Positions 1-12,843 of a stretch of DNA of 64,000 nt are shown in pieces. A program made the translations under genes and the position numbers. Each line of letters begins with the position of its first letter. The stretch's first letter is position 1. Origin of the DNA: Glaucostegus cemiculus (taxonomy: Eukaryota); the NCBI GenBank assembly GCA_976551045.1, contig CDPCPM010000391.1, positions 930,001 to 994,000 on the forward strand, given 5' to 3'. The notes beneath the pieces were generated by a model. That model was given only the letters and a program-made list of their open reading frames with translations, had not been told where the DNA came from and did not search any database.

Positions 1-3000
1 GAAAAATGATACAGAAGATTGTACAAAACAGACAACTCTCTGAATGCACAGCTTTGTAAATTATTGATTCAATAGCTCATAACTATATCATGTGGCATTT
101 ACTCGTCGATGATCTGCTCACTGATCTTAGTTTGACTCTTGCCAGGTTGGCTGAGGTCTAGGGCCTCATTGTCTGAATGAGCTCAACTCTGGAGCTGATG
201 AGGGTGACTGCCAACGACAGCAAGTGTGGCATCAAAGGAAGACTGATGCTGCTAAGGATTGGTGGTGAAATTCTCAGTGCCACCCTCAAGGCTTTATTTC
301 TGTACTGTTTCCCCTGGCTGGAGTTTCCAGAACTAAGAGTTTTGCTCTCACAATAAGAGGTCAAGCATTTGGAACTAAGAGGAGAAGTTTCTTCTCACTT
401 AGAACTGTGAATGTTTGCAGGTCTCCATACCAAATGGCTGGGTACTATTTTCAAGAATGGCACGTTGATGAGTGTTTGGATTCTGAGGGAATTGTGGGAT
501 TTTGGGATCAGACGGGAAAATGGAGGTAGACAATCAGTCAGGATCTCAATGCGTAGTGGTGCAGGTTTGAGGGTTGCATCCTGTCCCCATTGCATGTCCT
601 ACAGATGTTTCTTGTGTAAGAAGTGTACCAATCACCAAGCAGAAAAAAGGGGTAACCCACTTATTCGAGTAACCACCAGTGTGGAGAGAAGAATGTTGGA
701 TCTCTGTTCCACTAGGTAATTCTGGAATTTCGGGGTACTTCCAAGAGTGCTTGCCTGAGCCTCTACCGCAGTGGGGTCTGGTGGGATGGTAGTTGCCCAG
801 TGGAGCCCAGGAGCAGCAGAATCTTTGACAACCTGAAGCACCCAAGGCCAGCAACCAGACCTGGTGCAGCAGAGATCTCATTGATCTCACTGGGCATGCA
901 CCATGATGTGTCTCAGGCACTGTAGTAAAAGGCAACAGGAAGTACAGGAGAACATAGGCTCCCTTAGCCACAGCACACTTATGTACTATATCCGGTGCAG
1001 CTGGAGGGATAAAATAGCTTTGTATGTTTCTTATATGCATCATTTTTATAATTAAGTATCTCAGTCACAATTCTTTAGCCTTGATCTCAGAAGATCATGG
1101 ATTTTGACAAATCTAGGCTGAAGCTTTATTCCAAGTCAACACCATGACAGGGATTTTTATCTAATTCTTATTGATGGAATAAAGAGAACAAAGTTCAAAT
1201 TGACAGTTATGTGGAGGTAGATTTGTAACAGAACACTACTTAATACCATGGTCACGTTTATTCCTCAATCAGCATCAATGAGAAACAAATTGTACTTGTA
1301 GGAGCTTTGGGGGTGCATAAATTAACTGTTGTGTTTCCTAAATTGCAACAATAACTTAATTTGGATGTAAAGCACTTCTATACATGGTGGTATATAAATG
1401 CAAGGTTTACCTTGAGATTACTCATCGTTGCATGAAAGATGACTGAATGCTTATTTAAACCCTCCTGTGGACTAGCTGCAGGCAGTTCTTTGTAATGATT
1501 GCTGATGAGGAAGATGTCAGAGTTGGTTGGTAGTAGCTGACAGTCGATCAGCAGCCTTCTTTAAAAAACTGCTCAAAGCGCTCAGGCTACTTGGAATCAT
1601 CCAAGCAGCAAATTAGAAACACGTTAAGTATTGGCATCCAATTTCACTTTAAGGTTATTCATTTGAAAGCCATGTTTCGTCGTATTTCACTCCCTGCCTC
1701 ACTCAGTGTGAATGAAGGTGTTTGCAGTTATTTCCATTTACGTATTGCAACAAACAGTCAACTTCATAATTAGGTGGTGTTTAGCCTCTGACCTGCACCC
1801 CCATCTTGCTATATTTTTTCTGTTTATTAAAGGCAGCTCCTTTGACACTGCCAACTCAAATGTCCTTCCAACTCCCATTCCGTTAAAGTCATCCTGATGA
1901 CTTTCTTGTATTATTCCCCATCCACTCTCCACTCCCCCCTTCCAACATTCTTGCTTTTCTGTCCATTTCTTAGAAAAAAATTGCCTCATAAGCTACCTAT
2001 GTCTGCAATTTTAAAATCCCAATTCCTTTGGCCTTCCATTCACCATGACATACCTGCAGCCAAACCCTCACCTGCATATTTGATCCCCTTTTACCTCAGA
2101 CCAAAACTATATCTCTGCCATCACTTATTTTCACCTCAGTCACATTGCCTAAAAGGTGACTGCTTCTGAAACACTTGCCCTTGGACTGGAATCTTCTCTG
2201 TATTCCTGTTAGCTTCCCTCCTCGTCCCTCCCTAAGGGAGTTGTCCATAAGTCTGTTACTAGAGTCCTAACTGCAAAGTCTGATTTACCCATGGTCCCTG
2301 TTCTTGCTGACCTACACCATCTCCTAGCTAAACAAGAACTTATTTTTAAAATTCTTGTTTGTTTTCCAACCACGATCTTTGTGTATTCTGGGTCTGTTAA
2401 TCTCCTCCAGCCCTCCATGATATCAGCCCTCCTGTAACTCCACCCTCTTGGCCAACCCCAGTTTGCATCACTCCTCCATTGTTGACCTTGTCGTCATCTG
2501 TCAGCCTCTGAAGCTCAGCTCCTAACTCTCTCAGCATCTCCGTTTACTTTAAAATCCACCCCTCATCTTTCTTGATATTTAATATGTCAAGTTTAGTTTG
2601 GTAATGTTCCTGTGAATCACATTGAGATGCTTTGCTAAGTTAAAGTCATTGCATAAATAACAGGTAGTACCTTTATCCCATTATACTTCATAATCACCTG
2701 ATCAAAGGCTTTATTCAGTCTACAGCTGGTCAGTTATTCAGACCAAGCATTAGGTGGTTTCCTGTAATAATCACAGGAAAGGTAGAGAGGTGGAGGAGAC
2801 TGGTTTTAGATTGCAGCATCCAAAATTAGCACCCCAGCTGCATTTATTCTCTCGCTTCTTCTTGCCCCATGGAATTGAGCACAAATCTACCAGTTGTCTT
2901 GTCTTAAACTGGACTACCAGCCTCCTTCATCCAGAACTGTGCCAAATGCTTCCAGACACCAGCTCATTTGCTCAACTGAGGACATGTGGGAACCACAATT

Positions 3001-3659
3001 CCTAATGTGCTTCCCCAATTTATTTTGAGATTTTCTCTTTTCTCCTTTCTCTTTAGACAAAGGTTTAATAACCTGTGCAAATTTCTCCATAATCTCCGCC
3101 TTCAGGCATTGATTTTATCTGGGTTTACTTGATCTCAGAGAATAACTTTTCCACCTGGAAAAGCTGATTAAAACCATTTCCAGACTCAGCCTGTTCCAGT
3201 TCACGGTGAGGGAATCAGCTGAAGAATGATCTGATCCAGGACGTTTTTGGTCATTTACATTCACTGGCATTGAGTAGGGGTGGAATCTAGTGCACCTTGG
3301 AGGAGAATAGTGTGGTCAACCCTGTCAAAGGGTTGAGAATGACGAGATAGGATGGTGTTCCTTCATCACAAGCACACAGAATCTCATTTTTTTCTTCAAG
3401 GGCAGATAAAGGAGGGCAGTTGTTACAAAATGTTGGAGTGGCTTCTTATCGTCCCTTGAGCAGAGCAGTGTTAGCAGCTTTTGTGAGACGTCCCTGAGAC
3501 TCACTTTGAATTTCTGTGAGAGTTCTCCTTATCTCCAGTCTCAGAGGAAGATTGGCAACAGCCTGGACTAATGACGCTGGCAGTACATCTCTCGAGGATC
3601 TCTCCCTCCAGGGTTGGTAGATAAATAGATAGTTTTGTCACATTGAGCCCTATGAATCC

Positions 3660-3975
3660 TTGCAACATGTTGTCATAGAAACAGGCCCTATGGCCCACCA
3701 AGCCAGTGCTGCCATCAAGCACCCACTTACACTAATCCTATTTTATTCTCCCCATATTCCTGTCCACTTCCCAGGTTCTACCCCCTCACCTACACACTCG
3801 GTGCAACTTACAGCAGCCAATTAACCTACCCGTTAGCATGTCTTTAGGATGTGACAGGAATGAAAAGCATCCTGGGGAAACCCGTGTGGCCATAATGGGA
3901 ATGTGCAAACTCCACTTAGACAGCACCAGAGGTCAGGATTGAACAGTGAGGCAGTAACTCTACTATTTGTGCCAC
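3660..3975 (-). mobile_element. Degenerate tRNA-derived V-SINE (HE1-like) with CR1-type tail
   Basis: Matches in reverse the SINE body at 21313 (TTTCC..CCCA..TCC.AAAGA..TG..GGT..G) and ends in the GGGCC..AGGGCCTGTTT tail; boundaries approximate. Confidence 0.65.
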
Positions 3976-4207
3976 CTAGCAGACCCTGCTTGATTCGTCT
4001 CAGCAGATGCAGTGGTAGGAATCTGAATATTAATCACTGGGCTTGAGAGAAAAATCAATCAGATTTATGATTACAAACCACTATCTAGAGCTTTGTGCTG
4101 GAAAGCGTACGTACTTGATCATTGCTTGACAGCAGGATTGAGGGCAACTGTGACACCAGTAGTCATCCATAAAGAGTGCTCACTTCAGTCTTACTCTTAG
4201 ACTGTGG

Positions 4208-4293
4208 GACTGAAGGTAATACTGAGTGACTGAAGGTAATACTGAGTGACTGAAGGTAATACTGAGTGACTGAAGGTAATACTGAGTGACTGA
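4208..4293. repeat. 20-bp tandem repeat GACTGAAGGTAATACTGAGT, ~4.3 perfect copies
   Basis: Read directly from the sequence. Confidence 0.95.
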
Positions 4294-7200
4294 TGTCTCG
4301 TGAAATGGATTCCAACATGCAAGTTACTGCCTCGCGGGTCTCGCTGTGATTTTGAAATATAATAGGTTTGTGATTGCAAATCATGTTCTACATAACAATC
4401 ATTAGCCTTGAAGAAGAAAATTACTAATTAATTATTATGCAAAGATTACTCATAAGTAAATAAGCTTCCATATGTTTATTTATAACGGTCTCAGCCTTCT
4501 CCGCTTTTGGTTCTGAAGTGGAGATAACAAGGGATAAGAAAGCAGAGGTAATAATGAGTAACCATTCAACCTCGCACTATTAATCAAACTTATTTACTGA
4601 TGCCTCCTAGAAAATAGAAAATGCAAGCTAAACACACATGATGGATGAGTATAATACATCTGACAGCATTTGATTTAGTGACTCATCTTCTCTGGCTTCC
4701 CCATTACAGTGAAGTTCAGAGGTTAGAGAAAGTTCTCAGATGACCTCATGAAGCACTGTCTGTGTAGCAGCCCTGGATACATTACTATACTGGATCTGCA
4801 AAATCTGTTTGCAAATTTACAAGTTCTCCTTGGGGCATTTCCTCCTGATCGACTGAATGGTTTTAATGAACATCAGCTGGAACACGTGAAAGCACCAAGT
4901 AAAAATCAGGGTCTCTCACTAAAATAATGAGAATCCATACAGAATCATTAGCACCATCACATGTGGACAGTGGAATCAGTTTTGTTTTCGCACTACTCCT
5001 GATCACTCAAGTGAAGTAAACTCATTACTGTTGTAGAATGGTTTCTGCTTTACCCTCCCTGACATATTCTTTGTCTTTCATCTTCGCTTTCACTGGTCTC
5101 ATTAAATTCTGTCAGAGCGCCTTGATTTTTCCTTGTGGTGGTTATATTGCTGTAAATGTGGTGGAGCCTGACAGATGAGAATGCGGCGAGAAAATAAACA
5201 AAAGGATTGATGTGTGGGATTAGTGTTACTTGGTGGTTGATGGTCAGCACAGACTCAGTGGGCCGAAGGGCCTGTTTCCCTGCTGTGTCACCCTAGGACT
5301 CTAGATAACACTTGGAAACTTTCAGCCTGACTTGAATTGTTTTGTTGGACTCCCAGTGGAGTTTATTCCAACATTGCAGAGCCTACTTTGTAAGAAAGGC
5401 TGGGAGATGCTTAGGCTTGTTAGAAACAGATGTGGAATGTTGGGCACTGCATCATTGATATATTAAAAGTTGGGTTATTAGTTGGTAGGGGAATAGTTGG
5501 AAAGACTGAGTGAAAACATTGACTGTATAATGTAAAAGTGATAGTCAAGCTACTGTAATCAGGGAGCTAGAATAATAAGAAGAGGGATATTGAGACAGCG
5601 ATATTTTTACTTCAGAAGTTTCAATAGATGGCTCTTCAGTAAAATATTTAAAAGCAACAATTTGTGTCCCTGCTACCTTTACTCTGGAGAAATAAACACC
5701 AAATGCTAGCCAAATGCAGCTAAAGGATTGGTGTGAATACATCCAGACAGACACGACAGTCGAGTCAATTAAGTTGGTGCCATCAGTAAGAGCTTAGCAG
5801 AAGGAGATGTCTAAACCAAATGTACCGAGACACCAGAATAAAGCCAGGGCTGAGAAAAGGTCACAACTATATTTATGAATTTTCTGCAGGACCACTGGAT
5901 TGCCAAGGCATTGTAGGTGCTGGTACGAGGGATTAGTATAGATGAGTACTTGATTGTTGACATGGACAGGGTGGGTTAGGGCACCTGTTTCTGTGCTGTA
6001 AGACTCTACGTTACCTCATCAAGGAGGAGTTGGTTGAGGTACCTTTTTGATATGATTGGTTCATTAATGGATTGAGGTACTAAGAGTAGTGATGGAGAGG
6101 GAGGATTTGCCATCCCCTTTAAATAGGGTATCTAAGCTTTGCACTAGAGAAAATAATCGGGAAGCTCCCGTGAGCTGTCTGCGGGTAGATCCTTCATGCT
6201 GGCTTTGGCTTACTACTCAAAGCCCATGTCTCCCTTTGAGACATCTCACTATTTGCAGTTTGGTTGGGAATTGCCATGCCTGTTATGGGTTTTGTTGAAT
6301 AAATACATTGTGCTTAGACGGCAAGTTTGTGAACCAGTATATGCGCTCTGTTCCACGTGTTGTGTTACCTGTGATCTCGGGAAAAAAGTTAAAATCTTGC
6401 ACAAAGGATCCACTTTAAGACTTTGTTGTACATAAAGCCTTCCTAGGGTCCCTCCTTTCTAAGGTGGGATAAAACTACTGGACTCTTATTCATTTCTATG
6501 TGAGTAGCATCCCTCCATTGGTGTTGCAAAGTTGGATCACCAAAGTGCCCAGATTTTGAATAAGCATAACCATGAGACTCAGTGCCTAACACTCATGTGA
6601 TATAAATTAGACAGCAACTTCAAATCCATGCATGTTCTGTTGAATACAGATTTCTGGAAGTTGTCTGATTTGCCCTGCTGAAGTTGCTTCCCAACTTACC
6701 TTAATGATGCACTAATTATCAGTGTATCATTAAGGTTTCTGTTTAGACCATGTGTCTCAATGAGGATTCTTCAATGAGGGGTCTACTCTTGGCCTACTTA
6801 CTCATCCCATTGATCTGGAGAGAGCACAGTATCGTGCTAGAAAAGATTTCCCACTCACTCTAGTTGTTACTGAAAAAGCCACAAAAATTCAAAAATCAAC
6901 CGTAAATGTAGTAACTATCTAGTACTGGGCCTTTGTTACTGACTGCAAAACCCATATAATAATACACGCGTTAATGTCTTATAGCTGCTCCTTTTAGAGT
7001 TTATGCTTCCAACACCTTGAAGGAAATGAAACTGCAAGATCGATAGGGACCACTTAATGGATAGAGATCCAACAGAATATGTCCCAACTCCCTGAGAAGG
7101 TGAGTTATGATGGAAATGACATAATGTTGAAGAAAATACTTCCATTTCTTCCTCAACTGTGGCCTAAGGCTTTTGTGAATTTCACGTCATCTGACAACAG

Positions 7201-7889
7201 TGATCTTGTCTCAACTGCATTATGATGAGACATGTAGCTGGAAGTCATAATGTGCCTTTCAAACAAAGTACACATAGATCTAAAAAAAAGTAAATCTGGG
7301 ACAAAAACAATGAAAAGAAATTACTTTATAAATTACATGTTCTTTAAAGGTCATTAAGCCACAAGTGATCACTCAGTGTAGCCTGTGTAATAATCCTTAC
7401 CCTTCAGTTTTCACTGCATTTATGGTACTGCCCATTGCTCTGTTTGATAAAAGCCCAAAGCACTATTCAAAGAACAGCAGGGTGAACAAATCATTAAGTA
7501 CAGCAACACAGGTCAAAAAACCTATTAAAAATGGCAAGAAAGCACTGGAAATTATTTCCAGGGGTACAAAATTCAAAGCTAGTGAAGTTATATTAAACCT
7601 GTACAGGAGCTAGACCAGGCTGCACTAGAGTTCGATACACACTTCTGGGCTCCATGCTGCAGAAAACAAAGTAAAATGTGCGAATAGGATTTGTAGGGTG
7701 ATTCTAGAACGAGAGATTAGAGCTATCAGGAAAGACTGAGCAAGTTAGAGATTTTTTTCTTTATAATATTTCTTAAGGGAGACCTGAAAGGAGTCTTTAA
7801 AGTTATGAATATGATGCAGTGTGTACCATCTACAAAATGCATCAGTTACTCACCACTGCTTTTATAAATATCCTCCTCACAGTTGACTT

Positions 7890-8710
7890 CCCCACCCAGC
7901 TTTGAATCATCAGCAAAGCAGTACACTACACTCTATCCTTTATTCTAAATCACTATTATAGATTGCTGAGGACTCAGCACTGATCCTTGTGATGCATGAT
8001 TCATAACAGCCTGTTAACCTGTAAAAGATCTGTTTATTCCTGCTTTTCATGTACTTTAACCAGTCCCTTATCCATGCCAATGCACCACCTTCAAGGCCAT
8101 GCACCCCGATTTTATGTAACAATCGACTATGCAGTATCTTATCAAATAGTGTTTGAAAATCTGTACATACGGTGTTCACTGGTTTCCCCTTATCTATCCT
8201 GTTTGTTGCTCTATTAGGTATGTCAAACACATTTTCACTTCATTCATAAAATCACATTGACTCAACCAAATTATATTATGATTTTCTAAATGCCCTGTAA
8301 CCACTTCATTCCTAACGGATTCCAGTATTTCTCAGCAACTGATGCTAGACTAACTGGTATAACAATGTCACATTTGCTACTCCAATCAGCTGGGATTGTT
8401 CCAAAATTGAGGAAATTTTGGGAGATCATCCACTATCTCTACAACCATATCTTTTTGAACTCCCAGATATTGGTTTTGAATTTTAAGAACTGCCAATCCA
8501 CATCTGAACAATCACACCCTTTCAGAATTATTATGGTCTCATTACTAGAAAAAAGAGCCGCAGCCTAATCACCCTTTGCTGATAGTTTTGATCTCTCAGT
8601 TCTGGTATCATTTGAAATCATTTTGCATTTTCTCATGTGCCCTTATTCTTTTATACCATAAGGACCAAAAATGCACACTGTATTTTAAATGTGGTTTAAC
8701 CAAAGCTCTA
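7890..8710 (-). mobile_element. Degenerate CR1 LINE reverse-transcriptase fragment
   Basis: ORF 7940-8230 reads IDKGKPVNTVCTDFQTLFDKILHSRLLHKIGVHGLEGGALAWIRDWL, resembling the CR1 RT segment VD.G..VDVVY.DF.KAFDKVPH.RL..K. Confidence 0.75.
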
Positions 8711-8939
8711 TATGCTTAACATAATCTGTCTGTGTTTTAATTCTATTTCTCTAGTTTTTGTTTGCGTTTTTATAGGCTTATTAATGTTCCCTTCATGATC
8801 TCATGAATGGCAAATCAGTGGTCTTGAACTGTGAAGCATCAATATAGAATTACTTCTGTGGGAGTATGGGGTAAAAAGCAACTGATGTCTGGTGTCCGTG
8901 GTGTTAACAACACGGTACAGTAATGGAATCAGTGGACTG

Positions 8940-9225
8940 TGAGTGCAGTCCAAACATCAAGCTCCCATTTACACTAATCCTACATTAATCCAATTTTGCT
9001 CTCTCCACATTCCCACCACAGGTTCTACTGCTCACCAACATGCTAGGGGCAATTCACAGTCGCCAATTAACCTACCAACCTGCACATTTTTGGAATGTGG
9101 GAGGAAACCGGAGCAACCAGAGGAAACCCACGCAGTCACAGGGAGAACTCTACACAGACAGCACCGGAGGCCAGGATCTAACCCGGCTTGCTGCAGCTGT
9201 GAGGCCATAGCTCTACTAACTATAC
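8940..9225 (-). mobile_element. V-SINE copy
   Basis: Contains the reverse complement of GGGTTTCCTC..GG.TGCTCCGGTTTCCTCCCACATTCCAAA (V-domain). Confidence 0.75.
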
Positions 9226-11574
9226 TTCAGCAAGATTAAACCGATCAAAAGACACTTCTGGATATTAAACGAAGAGATGAAGAGGGTAACAGAGAATATT
9301 CAATGAACCAAGCCTGGGCTGATCTGTGAATCAATGCGTCACCTCTGACTCTTAGCCTGATTCTGTATTCAGCAGAGAAACACCAGAGTCATTTGGCAAG
9401 CAATATTATGATGTTGTGTGTGTACTGTTAAGTCTTTGCACTGAGAGTGCTGTAGTGATTTGCTACACATAAGAACTAATAGGATTTTAAAGCTAATGTT
9501 TTGCAGTGAAATGGCACAAAATGAAACTGCTCCATCATTTCACCCTCACTGCTCACTCACTTCCCTTTCCATCAGTTTCATTATCCGTCAATGATTGTCC
9601 TTTTCCATTACACCAGACAATTAGATTTTCACTTCTTAATACTTTATGTAATTCTGCATTGTGTATCTGAATTTACTAGCTTAAAGGCTGGATTTGAGTT
9701 TATGAAGCTCATAATAGACTTGCAGAAAATGACAGCCAAATTACAGATTTGTCTATCAAATTGTGTTTTCTAGCCAGTACTGACTGAGCACCAATTGATC
9801 ACATCTCTCTGGGAACGTCTGTCAATAACTCATCACAATGATGTTGAGTGCATTTGGCGCAGAGCAAATAATGAAACTGCTCAAGTTTGCCTCTACACTC
9901 TGACAACCAATTTAACAGTTTCATCTTGCAGAATCTTTTCCACTGGGATAGAATCTAAAGTACATTAGTCATTACCTCCAGTCTGTTCTTTCATTGCATT
10001 GTGGTTTTATTCCGTCAGACAGATACTTTTATAAGATCTGGAGACAAATAATTAAATAGAAATGTCTAACTTGATCATAGTCTGAGATCCCAGTGTACAC
10101 TCGCTAAAGACTGAATCGGAAGTTTTGCTGACAGCATATAGAACAGTTATCCAGTCTAAGCTGAACTACTGAAGTGTATGTCGACCATCCATTATTTTCC
10201 CATCAAATCTTGTTCTCGTTCCATGGAAACCTGTCTGCATCAGTAACCTCAATCTCAAATTTTAAATTATTCAATGTTATCCTTTATTTTATACTTTTCA
10301 CACAGGAGGAAGCCTTTTGCCCCATTGAGTTCATGCTAGCACACAGCAATCCCATTAGTCCCATTCCATTCCCCCTGCCCACTGCTTATTTCCCTGTACC
10401 CCTGCAACTCATTCTCCCTCACACAGACCCATCAACTCTCCTTTGATTCTTTTTTGCTATTAACCTTATGCTAAGATTTACACTAACCAGTTAATGCACA
10501 GCACATCTTTGGGATATAGGAGGAAACCAGTGCGGTCACATAGAGCGCATGCAAATCAGACACAGGCAGCAGTTAAGGCCAGGATTGAAGCTGGACTCAG
10601 GAGGTGTGGGGCAACAGCACCAATAGACAGCTCTGTGTGAATTATATCGTGTCTCTGTGCTCATCAATGATTCCTCTGGGTCAGGCTACAAATCAGTGGA
10701 AGATTAATGTTCTGGTATCTGGCTCCAAGTTTCAGATCTTCAAAACTCATTTCACATGGAATGACTGTGAATGAAAGAAAGAGATTTTCACAGCACTTGT
10801 CTGGACTTGACTCAACCCAATTCATGTCGATAAGAGATTAGAATTCAAACCCATCAGACTCTGAAACAGTCATGTCAGACAAAGTCTAGGCCCAGACTTT
10901 GAGGTGATAATGTCAGCATTCACCATCAAAGGAATTTCCAATGTCTGAATGTGTGCAATTAAATGCAGAAGTTGGCATCGGAGCTGCCCTGCCCAACATG
11001 GGACGTGCTGGAGCAGGTCTTCCCCAGTGTAGCCAGTAGGAAGGAATTCAGTTTTTCATTTTACCATCCTATTCTGTCCACAAAACCAAGTGAAAGTATT
11101 ATCCCCTGCTTAATGTGCCATTAGTTTGTTTTTAACAGTCTGCTAAACTATAGTTACTGCAAAAGAAAATTATCCGACCTTAAGATAAAATTAGTTTTCA
11201 AAATTCCATGCTTTTTAACATTATTACTTGTTAATGAAATCCACCTGCCATAATCTCATTTGTGTGCCCCAATCTTTATTTTTCTGTCTCAAATATTTAA
11301 AAAGTTAGTTAGACTTGACTATTTTGGTTTTGCTGTCTGCCGGCATTCTCCTATTTAACCAGCTTTAAGCACATCCTTAAGTCTTTTCCTCTGTCTGCTA
11401 GGTAACTTCTTCTCATGACAGAGGTCGGAATAGTTCTAGTAGATGCTGTGGGTAAGGTCTCAGAAGCATATGGAAAGGCAGGAGTCACTGCTGCCGAGGA
11501 GACCACGAGTTTTGTGCTGGGTTTGAGGTCTTGATCTTCAAATTGACAAAAGCCTGTGCATTTCTTCAAAGATG

Positions 11575-11975
11575 TCCTACTCCATTGACTCTGTCCACAC
11601 TTCCCACGGCCTCGGGAAAGCAGTCACATAATCAAGGACCCCTCCCACCCCGGTCGTTCTCTCTTCTCCTCCCTCCAGTCGGGCAGAAGATACAAAAGCT
11701 TGAGAACACATTCCACCAGGCTCAAGGACAGCTTCTATCCCACTGTTATTAGATTCTTGGACAGACGTCTTATACACTAAAGAGGAACTCTTGAACTCTA
11801 AACCCACCTTGTCATGGCCCTTGCACTTTATTTGTCTACCTCTACTCTCTTGGTACCTTAACACTACATTCTGCATTCTGTTTGCCTCAATATACTTATG
11901 TTTGGTATGCTCTGTCTGGATGGCACACAAACTAAAGCTTTTCACTGGATCTCGGTACATTTGACAAAAATATAC
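11575..11975 (+). mobile_element. Rex1/Babar LINE 3' fragment
   Basis: Degenerate IIKD..HPG..LF..LPSGRRY...TRL.DSFYP coding trace, followed by a 3' UTR ending TTTTCACTG..TCTCGGTACAT.TGACAA. Confidence 0.7.
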
Positions 11976-11984
11976 CAATCACTA

Positions 11985-12252
11985 CCTAACTCCTGGGCAT
12001 CTCTGGCCCACTCCTCTACTCTGAGCATTCAGGATGGTACTGAGTATCTCAAGGCCAAGCACAGAGATGCAGAGCAGTGAAAGAAGCAGACCATCTCACA
12101 AGCTAGTCACCCAGCCACACCATCAGCTACCACCTGTCCCATCTGTGGAGGAGTCTGTGGCTCTCACATCAGGTTCCTTAGCCGTCTCAGAGCCCACAAA
12201 ACCTGAGTGGAAGTAAGTCATCCTCCATCCCTAGCGACTGCCTGAGAAGAAG
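11985..12252 (+). mobile_element. RTE-clade LINE 3' end
   Basis: Translates TCPICGGVCGSHIRFLSRLRAH (degenerate C2H2-like C-terminus), then a short UTR ending GAAGAAGA. Confidence 0.55.
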
Positions 12253-12511
12253 ATTAGTTGCCTGCTCAGTCTGCAGGATGACATTGCCATCGCCCATGGA
12301 TCTCCAGCAGAAGATCCTCCTTCAGTCCTTATGTGGCATTTTCTCTTGAGGGGGAGAGGTTATGGAAGGATATTGGGTTTGGCTAGTTTGAGCCAGATGC
12401 TATGGAAGTGGAGAAATAAGTAACTTAAAAAGGTGGAGGATTTAATAACAAGGTGGCATTACAAGATGGGAAGACTTAGTTGCAAAATAAAGTGGGAATA
12501 TCAGTGAATCC

Positions 12512-12843
12512 TAAGCATGGACACTGATCCTTCTGCCCACTGATTCCACGCTGAACACCAAGCACCCATTAATACCAATCCCATTTTATTCTCCCCAAAT
12601 TCCCATCAACTCCCCCTGACCCCATTCTTCCATGCCCCTACACTAGGGGCAGTTTACATTGACTATTTAACCCACCAACCCACACATCTTTGGGATGTGG
12701 GAGGAAGCTGGGGCACAGAGGGAACCCACATGGCCACAGGGAGAATGGCAAACTCCACACAGACAGCACCGGAGGTGAGAATTGAACCCACATTGCTGGA
12801 GCTGTGAGGCAGCAGCTGTAGTGTCTGTGCTATTGTGCTGCCC
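12512..12843 (-). mobile_element. V-SINE copy with CR1-type tail
   Basis: tRNA-like head (GGGCAGCACAATAGCAC..., GGGTTCAATTC), V-domain and tail on the - strand. Confidence 0.75.
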